Shown in pieces: positions 1 to 12,429 of a stretch of 64,000 bases of DNA (the stretch's first letter is position 1; each line of letters begins with the position of its first letter). Source of the DNA: Takakia lepidozioides (taxonomy: Eukaryota > Plantae > Bryophyta); the NCBI GenBank assembly GCA_030704615.1, contig CM060731.1, positions 88,722,001 to 88,786,000 on the forward strand, given 5' to 3'. The notes beneath the pieces are model-generated. The model ran no database searches. It was not told where the DNA came from and saw only the letters and a list, made by a program, of their open reading frames with translations. The position numbers and the translations under genes were made by a program.

Positions 1-3000
1 ACAATTGCCAGTTCAAGATAGAGCTCAATACAATCGAGGAATAACTAACCTGGTGGTAGCCATTGTACTCCCTCATATGGCCATGGCCATGCCGCTGTAA
101 ATATTCCTCATAGGTCTGCTTCACAATTGCATCCCCATGAGTGCACACTTGGTTTGAGGCAATGCAAGGAAAGCTGTGGTCTTAAAAGTATGAGAGGAGA
201 CCACACAAAAAAGTCATTTCTGCTTACCAAGAGAAATTAGCCTGGACTAAGCCTTCCTCATTGACCAAAGTGGGATATGAAGAGCACATGCTACAAACAC
301 ATTACCATGCATCTTTGGGGTCGCTTCCCTCAAGAAGGCGTTAACCCAAAAACTGATGGAAATACTACCCCACATGTCAAAACATTGCCTGGGGATACAA
401 CTTCTGGTATAAGACCAAAGTGGAAGCAAGTACGGACCATATTGAGTAGGTCCTCTTCAGGTGCTAAATCTGCACTTCTGCTGCTACTGCTGCTGCGAGT
501 ACGATCCTTGTGCAACACCCTGTCCATGTCTCTCAGCCGCTCTGTGTCACTTTTCTCAGGAGCGAGAGAATGTGGTGACCTTGACCTTGAGGGAGGTCTA
601 GGAGCTTCCCCCACATGAAGGCTCTTGCTTGTGAAGCCACTAGACCTCACCATTGGCCTCGAAGATGCAAAGGCTTCGGGAGGGGCCATATGAGGAGGGT
701 ACATCAAAGGCAGTACAGGGCCTGATGTGGGTGCAGCAGGCAAGCGTGGCCTATATGCAACTTCCCCCACCCCCTCTCCACGTGGTCTCTTTGTCACTTG
801 GGCAACCACCATGCCAGACCCCAACTTTCTGTTCACAAGCCACATACAATGCTCAATTCTCTTGCAAAATGACATGAGGACAGCCCAACTTGAAGTTCAA
901 CTGGTAGGAGGAGTGAAAGCAATGTCTGTGAAGAGCTTACCGTTTCGGCCGACCCTCTCTATCAGCACCCTCATCAATGAGGGCACACAACGCATCACCA
1001 ATCTCTTGCGTGAGCTCCTGTGTAACAAACAACTTGTTTGTGAGTGCAGGGTTTGGGGGAAATATGAAACACATCTCAACCACTGGCAGCTGAGCCCATA
1101 CCTGACAATCTCGGCTGATCTTGACAGGCTTGTAGGAATTCAATGGATTCTTCAAATGAACAGTCTTCTGGAAGGGTAGATCATAGAGGCGCAACCATTC
1201 CACCCGAAAAGTTCCACCCCAAGGGTTGGCACCTTCATTCGCTTCACTCCATATGTTGGCCCTACGTCGCCCTATTGGAGTTGTCATTCGTGCATATCCT
1301 TGGAAGTGGCTGCTCATGTTCACACTGAACACTAACAAAACTCTCTCCGAGGTCTACACCACAGCATCCCACAAAGTTGATTGGGAGGTTGTCACATAGC
1401 CCAGCAAAACAGCAAACGACAAAGACATAACCATCTATTTGCATCAAAAGGCTGTGTCCGTAAAATACCCACCTCAAATGCCTCATTGAGGACAGGCTCA
1501 TTCATAGCTTGTGTAGCCCAAATCCCTTTCTCGATTGACTTGGCTATATTGTGGTGATTTAAGCTTTTTATGATGAAATATCTGGTATTGTACATTTTCC
1601 GTTGCTTTAAAGCTCCGCTGCTTGTACCACCATTTGCCAGGTCTCTGCCCTCTGTGACTTTGTCTGCAAGGCGTTGTTGACCTTTCCTTAGGTTAAGCAT
1701 GCCTCCTGCCAAACCCGAGTTTCACACTTTATAAAAGCTCCTAAGATGTAAACAATCATTAGTGGACCATCCTTAAAGATGTTGCTAAGGAACGTATAAC
1801 TCAAGCCACCTCTTCCGTGTCGCTGCCTAATGACTACAGACCCAACACAGGCCTGTTGCCCCCTTGTCAAATTTACATCCATAAACAACGCCTACTCTCT
1901 CCTCCTGACAATAACTTAACAGCAGATCAGACCTACAATTTGCATTTGTACAAACCATCTTTTTTAACCTTGAAAACAATATTAGCACAGCTTTCATACC
2001 GACAGCACCTTTCCAGGTTCACCTTTGTTTAAAACAAGGGGACTCACTTTTCCGAGATCCAAGAAAAGGAGCCTCCACAATGATAAAGAGTCAGACCACA
2101 GTATTTTTGGACTTTCCCTAGTGCCTGCACAGACTATTCATTGCCTGTACCGATGGGAGTCAAGCACAGCAAGCACAGCAAGCACAGCAAGCACAGCAAG
2201 CCAGAATCGGACTGACATATGGGGGCTCTTACCTGCACCACTAGAGGGGCTTGGACCCGGAGACATGTCAGACACAGCTTGATCTATCTGTCCATCCCCA
2301 GTCTTCACCACATTGTGGTTTGATGTCCTTGGCAAAGCCTCCTGTCTCAGAAGATAACCCCACCGTAAGCCCCCACCATTCCAAGGTTTACAATTTACGA
2401 AAGTTGGCGGGAGGAAATTGGGGCAATCTATGAACAAGCTCATCATATGAGGGCAGTAGTCTATACGAGGCAAAGACTCATTGCTCTGAGGGGTTAGGTA
2501 AGGAGTAAAGCTAGACACGGAAGGGAGGGCAAGTCTATCTGCACATTGCTTCTTCTGCAAGAGAGGGTCCTTGTGGTATCTTTGCAAAGGCAGGGGCTGA
2601 GCAGCATCAGGAGAAATAAATCCAAAACAAGTTCTAACCAGGCGGTAAGTTACATACCTCAGATTCATCTATGTTCTGGTGCACTGCTCCAGCTGCAACT
2701 TCATCCTCAAGACTGCCGAGCCCCAAATGATTGTTGGAAAGGAGGTCACATGAAAACATTGCAACAAAAGGAGGCCAATCAAAAGCATCATCTATATTGT
2801 GTGTACACATGCTTAACTTTGTCGCTACCACTGACTCTCTTATCAATCTGAGTACCACCCCAAATGGATTTCAGTGGCTTTCTGCAAAGAGATATCTGCA
2901 CCATCAATTTTTTTACCTCCATTCCAAATGCAAGTTACCCCTATGTGTGTGTGTAAGTGCATGTGTATAGGGAGCTGGAGTGACCTCCAAACCCTTCAAA

Positions 3001-5549
3001 GAGCTAGAGAAGAGAGCTTGGTTAGATAAAACGAGAGACTTGATAATGCTCAGACACTGAGTTGTATCAAACCTAGGAGGAGGACACTAAACAGTTGCAA
3101 GTAATCATTGAACTAGGCTAAAGCATAAGCTTGCAATGTATAACTGGAAATCATCATCAACTAGAGAAATGTTACTGTTGTTGATCTCTGTTGATCCTAC
3201 TTCCTACAGACAGTGCTCCTTCAGCACAATATCCCTCCCAACACTACTAAGTGTACAACTGCCACACTGTTTCATAGCAGATTCAGGAGTTGAACAAACT
3301 CTTGCTTGCATGTTTGGAACATCACAGGAGTGGTCCTCAGCAGAACAATGCCAACAGTGAATCGACAGCATCAGGACAAGTCAATTAGGTCAACCAACCA
3401 CCACAGAGCTCACTAGTGACTGCAAGGATGATTATTAATGGAAGAACAGTATCATGTCAGCACAGGAGCCTCCCCCCCGCAAGTGGCAACAGAGGACATG
3501 CCACGGAAACTACAGAAGCTGGTGATCACTTCAGGCTGAATGTCATGCTGCCCTAGTGGCAGCTGCGACACACAACCCTGGAAAAGATACAATTGCTTCA
3601 TGTCACAGAATGAAAAGTGTGTGCATAAGGCTATTCCCATTTTTCCAATCTCACAATTTGAGACCTAAGTGACAAAATCTATTGGCTCAACGATGTCCAT
3701 ACAGACTGATCGTCCAGGTTAGTGGTTTAAGTTTGTTGCCTGAGATCTTGATGACTCAAATCTTCAAAATACGATCACCATACTAGCATTTACCACCGGA
3801 GTAGTGACAATATCAGAGGATAGGAACCATAGCAAACAGATAAGAATTCCGTGTTACAAAGAGGTACGCCACCCTGCCAAAAGGAAAACTATAGCTACAA
3901 TTTGCCCTGTAGACCAACAAATGGTCCCACCAGCATTTGACAACATAAAGACCTAAAGCCATACAATTACAAATCACAATTGAAGGGTCTCTTGAGTGTG
4001 CAGCTTATCGTCACTGCCATCACAAGCTCTAAGTACAGGAGGATCCCTGGTTCTCTGCAATCTTCACTGATGTATTCCCAGCCTTATGAGACTCTCCACA
4101 TCATCACATCAGTGAATTACATAAGGCAAATGTGCAGACCGACCACATGGTCCCATAGAAAAGCCTGAAAGTTCCAAATTTTACAGGGGCCAATTGCAAA
4201 TTACTGACCCCCCAAATCTATCTATGATAGCAAAGCCTTCTCAGAGATTAAAGGAGAAGTACAGAAGCTCAGCAAACAAGATCATAACCTAAGGAAGATC
4301 CAGTGCCAGGCACACAAGCAGTAGTCTGATGTCAAAGGACCACCATGCCAAAGCAAATGATTCAATATAAACACTCATGTAAGAGTAGGATCAGCGGCAA
4401 TGGCAGAGGCCCCTCTTTAACTTACGCCGCTCTAACTGCGTCTTCCCATCTTCCCCCGTCACTTTCTGACCCCACGTCTGATTCAGCAAGGTCCCTGAAA
4501 TCGTCAGGATCCCCCATTATATCATCAAGCACACTCTTTTCCATGCCTTTCCTCCGTGATAACAACTGCTTCTCCAAGACTTTGCTAGCCGTGGTTGCAT
4601 TGGATCCGGATGTGAGTTCGTGGTGATAGGATGTAGCATCAGACGCATCAACTGACGCCCCAGTAGAATGAGGCGAAGGCTTCACTCCCATCTTACCGAG
4701 CAAGATTCCCGCTGCAACAATGTTTGTAATGACCGAGTCAGAATATCAGCAGTTTGCTTTACAATCCAACAATACTCACCTGCTTCAACATGAGACCACG
4801 GACATTCCCATGCATAACGTCCTAAGCGACCGAAAGCACCGTGAAATTCTGACGAACACTCCCTAGCAATGCTTCCAGTCACCACCTACGTCTACAAACC
4901 CCAGAGGAAAACTTTCTTAAAACTTACTCACATTGTGCACACGAAAAGCCAATGGGACCATCATCCTTTGCACCAATACAGATTCATGATCCTGAAGCAA
5001 ATTAAATACAACATAGCATCAACACCAACACCGACACCGCAACAAGTATCAACGAAGGAAATGTATGCTGGTGCTCATGCAGACAGTATAGCTTGATAGC
5101 CCATATCCTCAGGGAGCACGGAATCAGATCATGTTTTCAAATTGAGAAGAAATTCATCAGCAGCATCACAAAAACCTAGCACAACATCACCAGAAAAATG
5201 GTTTTTTGAAGGCGGAAACAAATCCAATTCCTGACCAAGTCCTAGAAGGTACAAGACGCATTCCCACCATAAACTAGACGAAGTATTCATGTCAGGCATC
5301 CAATTTAACAATCACAGGCTCAAAGGCGCTCCCGGAGCGCGATCTCTACCGCCTGTCCCCCTACCATCCTCAACTGGCAGCCTCGACAAGTGCGGCACCA
5401 GCACCAAAACCTAGAGCGCGGCAAGCAGCAGAAAATGTGAGGGAAAGCACCTGAGTCCGTGCAGGCGCAAGCTGGATGCCTTGTTCCCACCGCTGCACGG
5501 CCTCATCGACAGCCTTCGCCCGTAGCACCTCGATCGCTCTTGTGCGCAT
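1..5549 (-). CDS. YTH-domain m6A reader, YTHDC1/ECT12-like; multi-exon, 3' end lies outside the window
   Basis: GT-AG exons at about 1474-1710, 1093-1350 and 940-1020 encode NTRYFIIKSLNHHNIAKSIEKGIWATQAMNEPVLNEAFE / LVFSVNMSSHFQGYARM...WGGTFRVEWLRLYDLPFQKTVHLKNPLNSYKPVKISRDCQ / ELTQEIGDALCALID, a DC-type YTH domain. Further exons at about 4426-4711, 2658-2760, 2233-2341, 410-830 and 51-112. The start is uncertain: in-frame ATG candidates at 5549 (via two upstream exons), 4691 and 4544. Confidence 0.85.
2162..2200. repeat. 9-bp minisatellite (AGCACAGCA)x4 in an intron of the YTH gene
   Basis: Direct reading: aagcacagc repeated about 4 times. Confidence 0.85.
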
Positions 5550-6967
5550 GCGCGGCCGTGTGCGCAGCCTCCTCCTCCATCACGCACGCCTGCTTCAATG
5601 CCATGCATGCTGCCCCATGCCTCCATGCCACCCCATGCCATCGTATGGTCCCACTGTACCCCAGAATCTTTTCGTTCGTTGTGGGGACAACGACCGCGAC
5701 CGCGGTTAGCGACGCAGTCAGCCGCGGTTTAGTTAGGTTCATGCTTTTGCTCTGCTGCTACCTACTACCTACCTACCTACGGACCTACTTCGCCTTGTTT
5801 ACAAATACTAATAGTAAAGACAGAAAAAGTATTACAATTCATTAACAGTATTGGAGATAGATGGGCCGGGTGGGGTCGAGGGGCTGCGCCAGCGGGTGGG
5901 TTGACTGGGTCGGCGAGCGGCAGTGATAGACGGGTTTAGCCAGGAAGTTACTGGAGCTTGAGAGTTGGCTAAATCACGTGGCGCCTTTGCTGTAGCCGCA
6001 CAGCCACCACAGCAGGTCGACACTGTTGATACCATGGCTTTGCAGCAATCTGAGGTTTGGGGATGGATGAACTGTGTATTTTGGATGACAGGGTGAGACT
6101 GATGGATAGCGACCAGAGGATAAATATTCCCGCGCGTGTGGATTTATTGTCTGGGGGTTAAAGATACGGACCGGGCAGCTGGGCAGGGTGGGGTGGAGGC
6201 CGACGTCGGGCTTGCGCCCTGCCTGCCTCTGTCCGTCTCTCTGCGATCTCTCTCTCTCTCTCTCTGTCTTCACTATCGTTCGCGAGGGCGCTTCTCTTGC
6301 GAGGCCTGTCGGTTTATCTTCGTCTACTTTGCCGGTGTACCGTCAGGTATGGCAGATCGCAGGGTTCGGAAGGGTTGAGACTGGGTGTTGGGTCGTGTGA
6401 GGGTTTCTTCTTGGTGCATGCGTGTACCCTAGTTGCTTGAAATTTTCGCGAAGTAATTCGACGATCGCCTGCTGTTTTCTGCGACGAGCAGGCTCAGCAG
6501 TATGCAGCAGAGAAGAAAATGAAGAGAGGAACTTGTTGGATTAGACATAGCCGCCATTTGTTTGGAGGAAACGACAACCTGGAATAGTTATCAGTACAGA
6601 GCATTGTATTGTAGTGTTGATCTGGCAGGCCTTGCGGCCTTGAAAGTATCATGCGGGTGCAGTTTGCAGGACGGTTGTCCATTTGAGGGTAGGAGCACTT
6701 GCCTGCGTCAAGCAGGTGGCAGTCTCTTGTTTCATGCTAAGAGGTTTTGATCAGTCTTGCAGATTGCAAAATACGTCAACATTCATTCATTAAGTCGGTC
6801 TCAGGATTCTGTTAAGCAGGAGTTAATTCCTGCTGTGCTTATTGCAGACTGGTGGTGGAGGAGTCAGAATAGGCGGAGTCACCGCTGTTGATGCTGTTGT
6901 GGACTTTGTGGGAGAAGGGGTGTAATTCAGAAAATAAGAGGATTAGTTAAGGGGAAGAACTGTAGCC

Positions 6968-9900
6968 ATGCCCAGCGAACTCCTCAGTATCCAGCCTGGC
7001 GAGCTGAAGTTTCCATGTGAGTGTCTTCTTGTATCGTTTGCATCACAAAAATGTGATCAGCTTCTGTCTGCTCGTGTGACGGTAGGGTTGCGGATGGTCG
7101 AAGTTATTCGCCCTTCTGATTTATGCGCAGTGGAGAGGGTGAGATATATTTATTTAGGGTTGGTTCAGTTCTTGCCATAACCTTCAGTGATCCCGCCTGG
7201 AGCAAGGATATTGTTTCCCGATGGGAACGGTGGACATGTTCATTGCACATGCCACAGTTTTATGTCAGAATCGAGTTGTGTACGTGTGCTTTCATTCGAG
7301 AGTAGGTCTGTGGCGAATTGGCAGGTTGAGTTGGTAGCCTCTGCATGGAATGTGCAGCCTAGGAACCTTGGTGGGTTTTCATTTCCAAACGTTGTGATTA
7401 CTTCGCCCAACATACATTGTAGTTTGTGCCAAGCTTCATATGTGCGGGCCTTGTTTTCAGGTTTCTTACTACCCTGTAATGCCAGTCTGCAGACCTATTT
7501 CTGCTAATATGTAAACTCTGTGGAACTGTTTGGTGAACAGTTGAGTTGAAGAAGCAGATATCTTGTTCATTAAGGCTAGTCAACGCTTCTGACAATTATG
7601 TTGCCTTCAAGGTGAGTCTTTTCTCCCGTGAGAGAAAGTACTATTCTCAATGTTCTCCCAAGAGGAAGAGTTTGTATGCTAGAACATGAGTGTAACTAAA
7701 CGGAACTGGGATTCACCCTGTGCACACTGCATCTGCATAATGTATTCAGTTGGTTGTCAGTTGGAGTGTGTTTGGTAGGAAAATGAAGCTTCTCTGTGTA
7801 GGTGAAAATCTGCATTTTAGGCATTCAGTAAGGAGTTGTAATTTGAACTCTTCATTAGGAGACTGTTCAACAGAGACGGCTGAACACAAGCTGTTTGAAC
7901 CAAGAGAGTGTTGGTGGGGAGTCAGAGTTAGGAAGCCATCATCAGTTGGGTCCTGGTGCAATTAACATTCCGTTTGATCAGCTTCAGGGAATTTGCTTCA
8001 GGGAATTTTTAGAAGTCTATTTTACTTTGGCTGCATTAGTCCATTTATCATGTGCCAATTGTCTGTAGGAAATGTAAGGAGACATGGTTGTGATTGATGC
8101 TATTCTGTGATCAACCTACAACTGTGGAGTGTGATTCTTGGCTTGTTTGTGATATGGCTCTCTGTATAGTAGTTGAAAACTATCAAATTTTGCATGTGGC
8201 AGGTCAAAACCACATCGCCAAAAAAATACTGTGTGCGCCCAAACACGGGTATCGTGCTACCTCAGAGCAGTGCAGATGTCACTGGTATGTTCCAACTGAA
8301 TCCTTACCATGACTTCTCAATGAACTTATTGTACCTGCACTGTTACTTAATGAGCAAGGCTGATAATTGGTGGTATTACTGGCAGTCACCATGCAAGCGC
8401 AGAGGGAGGCACCTCCAGATATGCAGTGCAAGGACAAGTTCCTAGTGCAAAGTGTGATAGCTCCCTTTGGATCAACTGCTAGGGATGTCTCTCAGGAACT
8501 GGTAGGGAACCTTGGCAAGGTTTCAAGTTGAAGCAAGTGGACTCCATGTTGTATAACCCTTTTAGTTTCTGGCGTGAATGGTTTAGTCCTTTGCTCAAAG
8601 TGGCTTTTTTTTATTAGAGCATCATCTTCTGCTACTCTTTTTCTACTCTTTGTGGTCATGTCTTCTTCATGACCGTGTTGATTCCTATGGTGACAGTTCA
8701 ACAAAGAAGACATGGAAAAAGTTGTACACGAGGCAAAGCTGAGGGTGTTGTACGTATCTCCACCACAACCACCTTCGCCAGTTGCTGAGTCAGCAGAGGA
8801 GGGCCTATCACCAAGGGCCTCCTCTGCAATGGATAATGGCGATCGCCCCTTCCAACCTCAAGATGCGGTAGTCTTCTGCCTTTTACCAGTGTCCTTTTCA
8901 TTCTGATTGAGTTTGGGGGTGATGTTGTTTGATTCCTCTACAATCAATAGGATGTACGATCTCCATGGTTTCTATTGGCTTGAATTACTGATTTCTTGTT
9001 TGTGTGGTGACAGACTAAAGATGTCAGTGAGTTGAAAGCAAAGCTAACCGAGGTTCGTGTTTTCTCAGTTTGGACTTTTTTTTTTTTCTTGAATTGATCT
9101 AATTGAGATTCATGTGGAGTTCATGACCAGCAACAGCTGGTGATTGGAAGAACCAAGGTTTAGTGTAGTATTATAGTTCTATTGCGATTGAGGTACTTGG
9201 AGTGCTGTTGATTTGTTGGACCTACTCGCAGCTGGGTAGGACTCTCCCCTGTGTGGTCAGGTGTCTTATTGCAAAGATCACTCTCTAGGCTTGTCTCATT
9301 ATGAGGGACTAATGTCTTTCTACCCTATTGCTGTAATTACAGTGGATGTAACTGCATCCGTTGGAGCTCTAAATAATTTTCAAGGATCCAGGAAATGTAC
9401 ATCACATAGGCGGTTGTTATGGTCTTTGTCATATATACATGAGGGAGTTGTTTACATTATCGCAACGAAGGTTATGGCATCGTCACCTTGCGAAGTTCTG
9501 TTGTTATCCATGTTGGGAATATTTGGATCCCTCAATGCCAACAAAAAGTCGAAGAGCACTTGGAATATTTATGTTTTCCTTGGAGGCAGGATTATGGTAG
9601 CTATACTCTTCATTTCTGGTTCCTCTTCCAGTGCAAGTGGTGGCCTCTAATCATAAGATCCCTTGTGTCTAAATCTGTGCCAGGCAAGGGCAGCCTTGAT
9701 TGCGTTGACCGAGGAGCACAAGTTGGCTGTGCAACAAAGTAATCGCCTAGAGCAAGAATTGGTCAGCCCTGCTCTTTCACTGAAGCATCAAATGAGTCAG
9801 GAAAAGATATAAATAGCAGCGGCTATTCTAAAGTACCAGATGGATTATGTATGTCAGAGTTGTTGTCAAGCTCTTGGTTGGTCCTTGAAAAGGCTACCTG

Positions 9901-10329
9901 CTGAAATATTAGGAAATCTAAGCGTTTCAATGGTCTGGACATGTCACAGGTAGCAGTATGTAAGACACCTTTTGATGCAGATAGCATGTTCAGCTATCAA
10001 CCCTTGTAGAAATACATCCACAATTGGTCGAGTTGTGTGTGCATACAGGAGGAAGGTGAGTCCCGACCGGCTCACCTTTCTGGAGGTATCGAGGGAATTA
10101 ACAGCCTCTTGAGAGGATTAACACAAAGTTAGTGGCAAAGGGGAGTAACTTCTGATCGGCATGGCATGTGCAGACGAGCAAGATGGCAGGAACCGACAAA
10201 AGAAATGGTGGAGCAGGCATGGGGCAAGCCTTAAAGACTGATCCAAAGTTGCAGGCTGGATTTTCGTTTTTATTTGTAATTCTTGTTGGCCTTCTGGGCA
10301 TGCTAGTAGGCTATCTTCTCGGCGTTTAG
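6968..10329 (+). CDS. VAP27: Vesicle-associated membrane protein-associated protein (VAP27/VAP33 family; MSP domain, coiled coil, C-terminal TM anchor), 8 coding exons
   Basis: Exons encode MPSELLSIQPGELKFP / ELKKQISCSLRLVNASDNYVAFK / VKTTSPKKYCVRPNTGIV / TMQAQREAPPDMQCKDKFLVQSV / FNKEDMEKVVHEAKLRVLYVSPPQPPSPV / TKDVSELKAKLTE / ARAALIALTEEHKLAVQQSNRLEQEL / ...GFSFLFVILVGLLGMLVGYLLGV*. This includes the VAP signature FKVKTTSPKKYCVRPN. Stop TAG at 10327-10329. Confidence 0.93.
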
Positions 10330-12429
10330 GTCTGGGGATCTCTGAGCATTGATCATGGTGTAGCCTGCAACGAATGCCAGACACAAAGCAGGACTACTCA
10401 TACTATGATTCCAGTGTTTGGGTAGGAGCTTGGAAAAGAAAGCCCTGGGGTGCCAGGGTTGGTTATCATGTGTCTATGTTGTAGCGACTGGGGAGGATTC
10501 ATAATCTCCTCTGCTAGTGAATCCGGGCATGTGCTAGGGACTGCAGGTGCCATGCATATGCATGAGGCACTTGGCTATTTGTGATCCTGTGGGCAGCTTT
10601 TGGTTTGTACTGGTAAGCAAGCTAGGGATTAATTTTAACAAATTAAATTAGTAGAAATAATTGGTTCTCATGGGTGGAGTCAGCATTATAAGTTACTCCT
10701 ACCTCATTTGCTGTACTGGAGGTTTTATGAAACAAATGTGACGACCTGAACTTTTCCCTTGTTTGTTGGTTTTCTGGTATGTACTGACACCTGCAGCTGA
10801 TGGGGATTGGTTGCCCTCCCTCTTTCACCATTGCATTGCAACCACAGGCACTTGTGTCACATCTAGCTTGTTTCTAGTATGTTTTTTTTTGCTTCTTTCT
10901 TAATTTGTGCTTCAACGGCTCTTGGCTATTGTAGGACTTCTCTGTGCCATCACACCCTGGGAGCAAGAGATTCGTACAGAGAGGCCTAAGCGAGGTTAGC
11001 AGAGATTGTCTGTCAGTTTGTTTTCTTACTGGGCTTGGCGCAGATTGACCAAATTATTGGGTGCTGAGGGCTGGGGAGGGGTGTGAGCCTGTTGCAGCTC
11101 ATGTGGAGAGCTCTGGCAGCAATGGAACTGCAATGCATGAGTGTTGGGCAAGCAGCTATGACTGATAAGTTTGCAGCTGAAACTTTGGCACCAGAAACTT
11201 GGGCGAGTTGAGCTTTCATGGTCAACCGTGCGGGGCAGGGACTCCTATCCAGGCTCTGACGCCACCAATCAATGACCATGGCATCAAGTAAAGGATGCAT
11301 CCTTACATCTAGTGTGTACCCTATGCAGCTGTAAATGTTCCAATCCCTCCAAAGCTTTTATAACTCATTGGCAAAACATTCTTAGCATTATCCAGCTTCT
11401 TTTTTGAATCCAGCTTATTTCAGAATAGTAGATTCATTTTTTATTTTCCTGGTGATGAGGAATGTCTATTGGTTTCAAGCTATGCAACAACGAATCTGCA
11501 CCAAGCTTGGCGCCTCGGCTGTCCTCACTTTGGTTGTTTCACCTCTTGCTTTACAAATAGATACGTAAGAATAAAGGGTCTCTAGATTCCTGCTGTGTAT
11601 ATGGTATATGCCACATTTTTCGCTGTAGAGGATAAATGGTGAACTTGGCCTTCTGAATTTCCAGTTTCCTACCACTTTTAGGACCAGAGTTGATTGCGAA
11701 ACAGGGAAGCTTCAGGAACTGTTTACTGAATTAGAGGGTGTGATAGCCAAAGAATCAAAGCAAAAAATGCACACTCGTGGAACAAGGGTGGAAAGAGATG
11801 CAGCGAGGGTTTTGTCGGACTATGGAGTATCATGCTCCTTCCTGTTAGCTTGACATTTGACAGTATGCTGATATCTGCTCAATGTAGTCTGAAAAATCAT
11901 CAAGCATGCCCCATGGTTTACACAGCTTGCCTGAATAAAGGGTTTTGAATTCTGCAGACCAAAACTAGGCACACTGCCTCTTCCTTCCAAACCTGCTAGG
12001 TTGACTCCTTCGAAAGCATCTTATCAACTTGCTTGTTGCCTGGTTAACTTACTGTACCAAGCACTCTGGAAGCGGACCACCAGTGGCCTGGAGATGTAGA
12101 CTAGATGTCCGTTCAAACCTATCCACTGGACTCAATGACAGTTCAGACCATTATGAGATTTGTGAGTAAGATCCAGCTTTAATTTGCAAATCCCTTCACT
12201 TCACCCGACTAACTAAGACTCCTTCAGATCCAGCTAATATCCATCTGAGAGCACTACACTTCTCAGGACCCAGCAGCACCTTGAAATAGAAGAAATTGGT
12301 TCCTAGTATTGTAGGAAGCCTCACTTTACTCTGCTGGATGGTTCCTCATTTGTGGCTTTCAGGAGGCCAATGTAGATGATCTTGAGCTTCCAAGTACCAG
12401 CAAATTGGCTGCTGGTCCAACTAGTAACA

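Noticed and set aside
9950-10055. Possible microexons in the last VAP27 intron (AG-gaggaag-GT)
   Set aside because: The flanking exons already join in frame and a 7-nt exon would shift it; this cannot be supported without RNA data.
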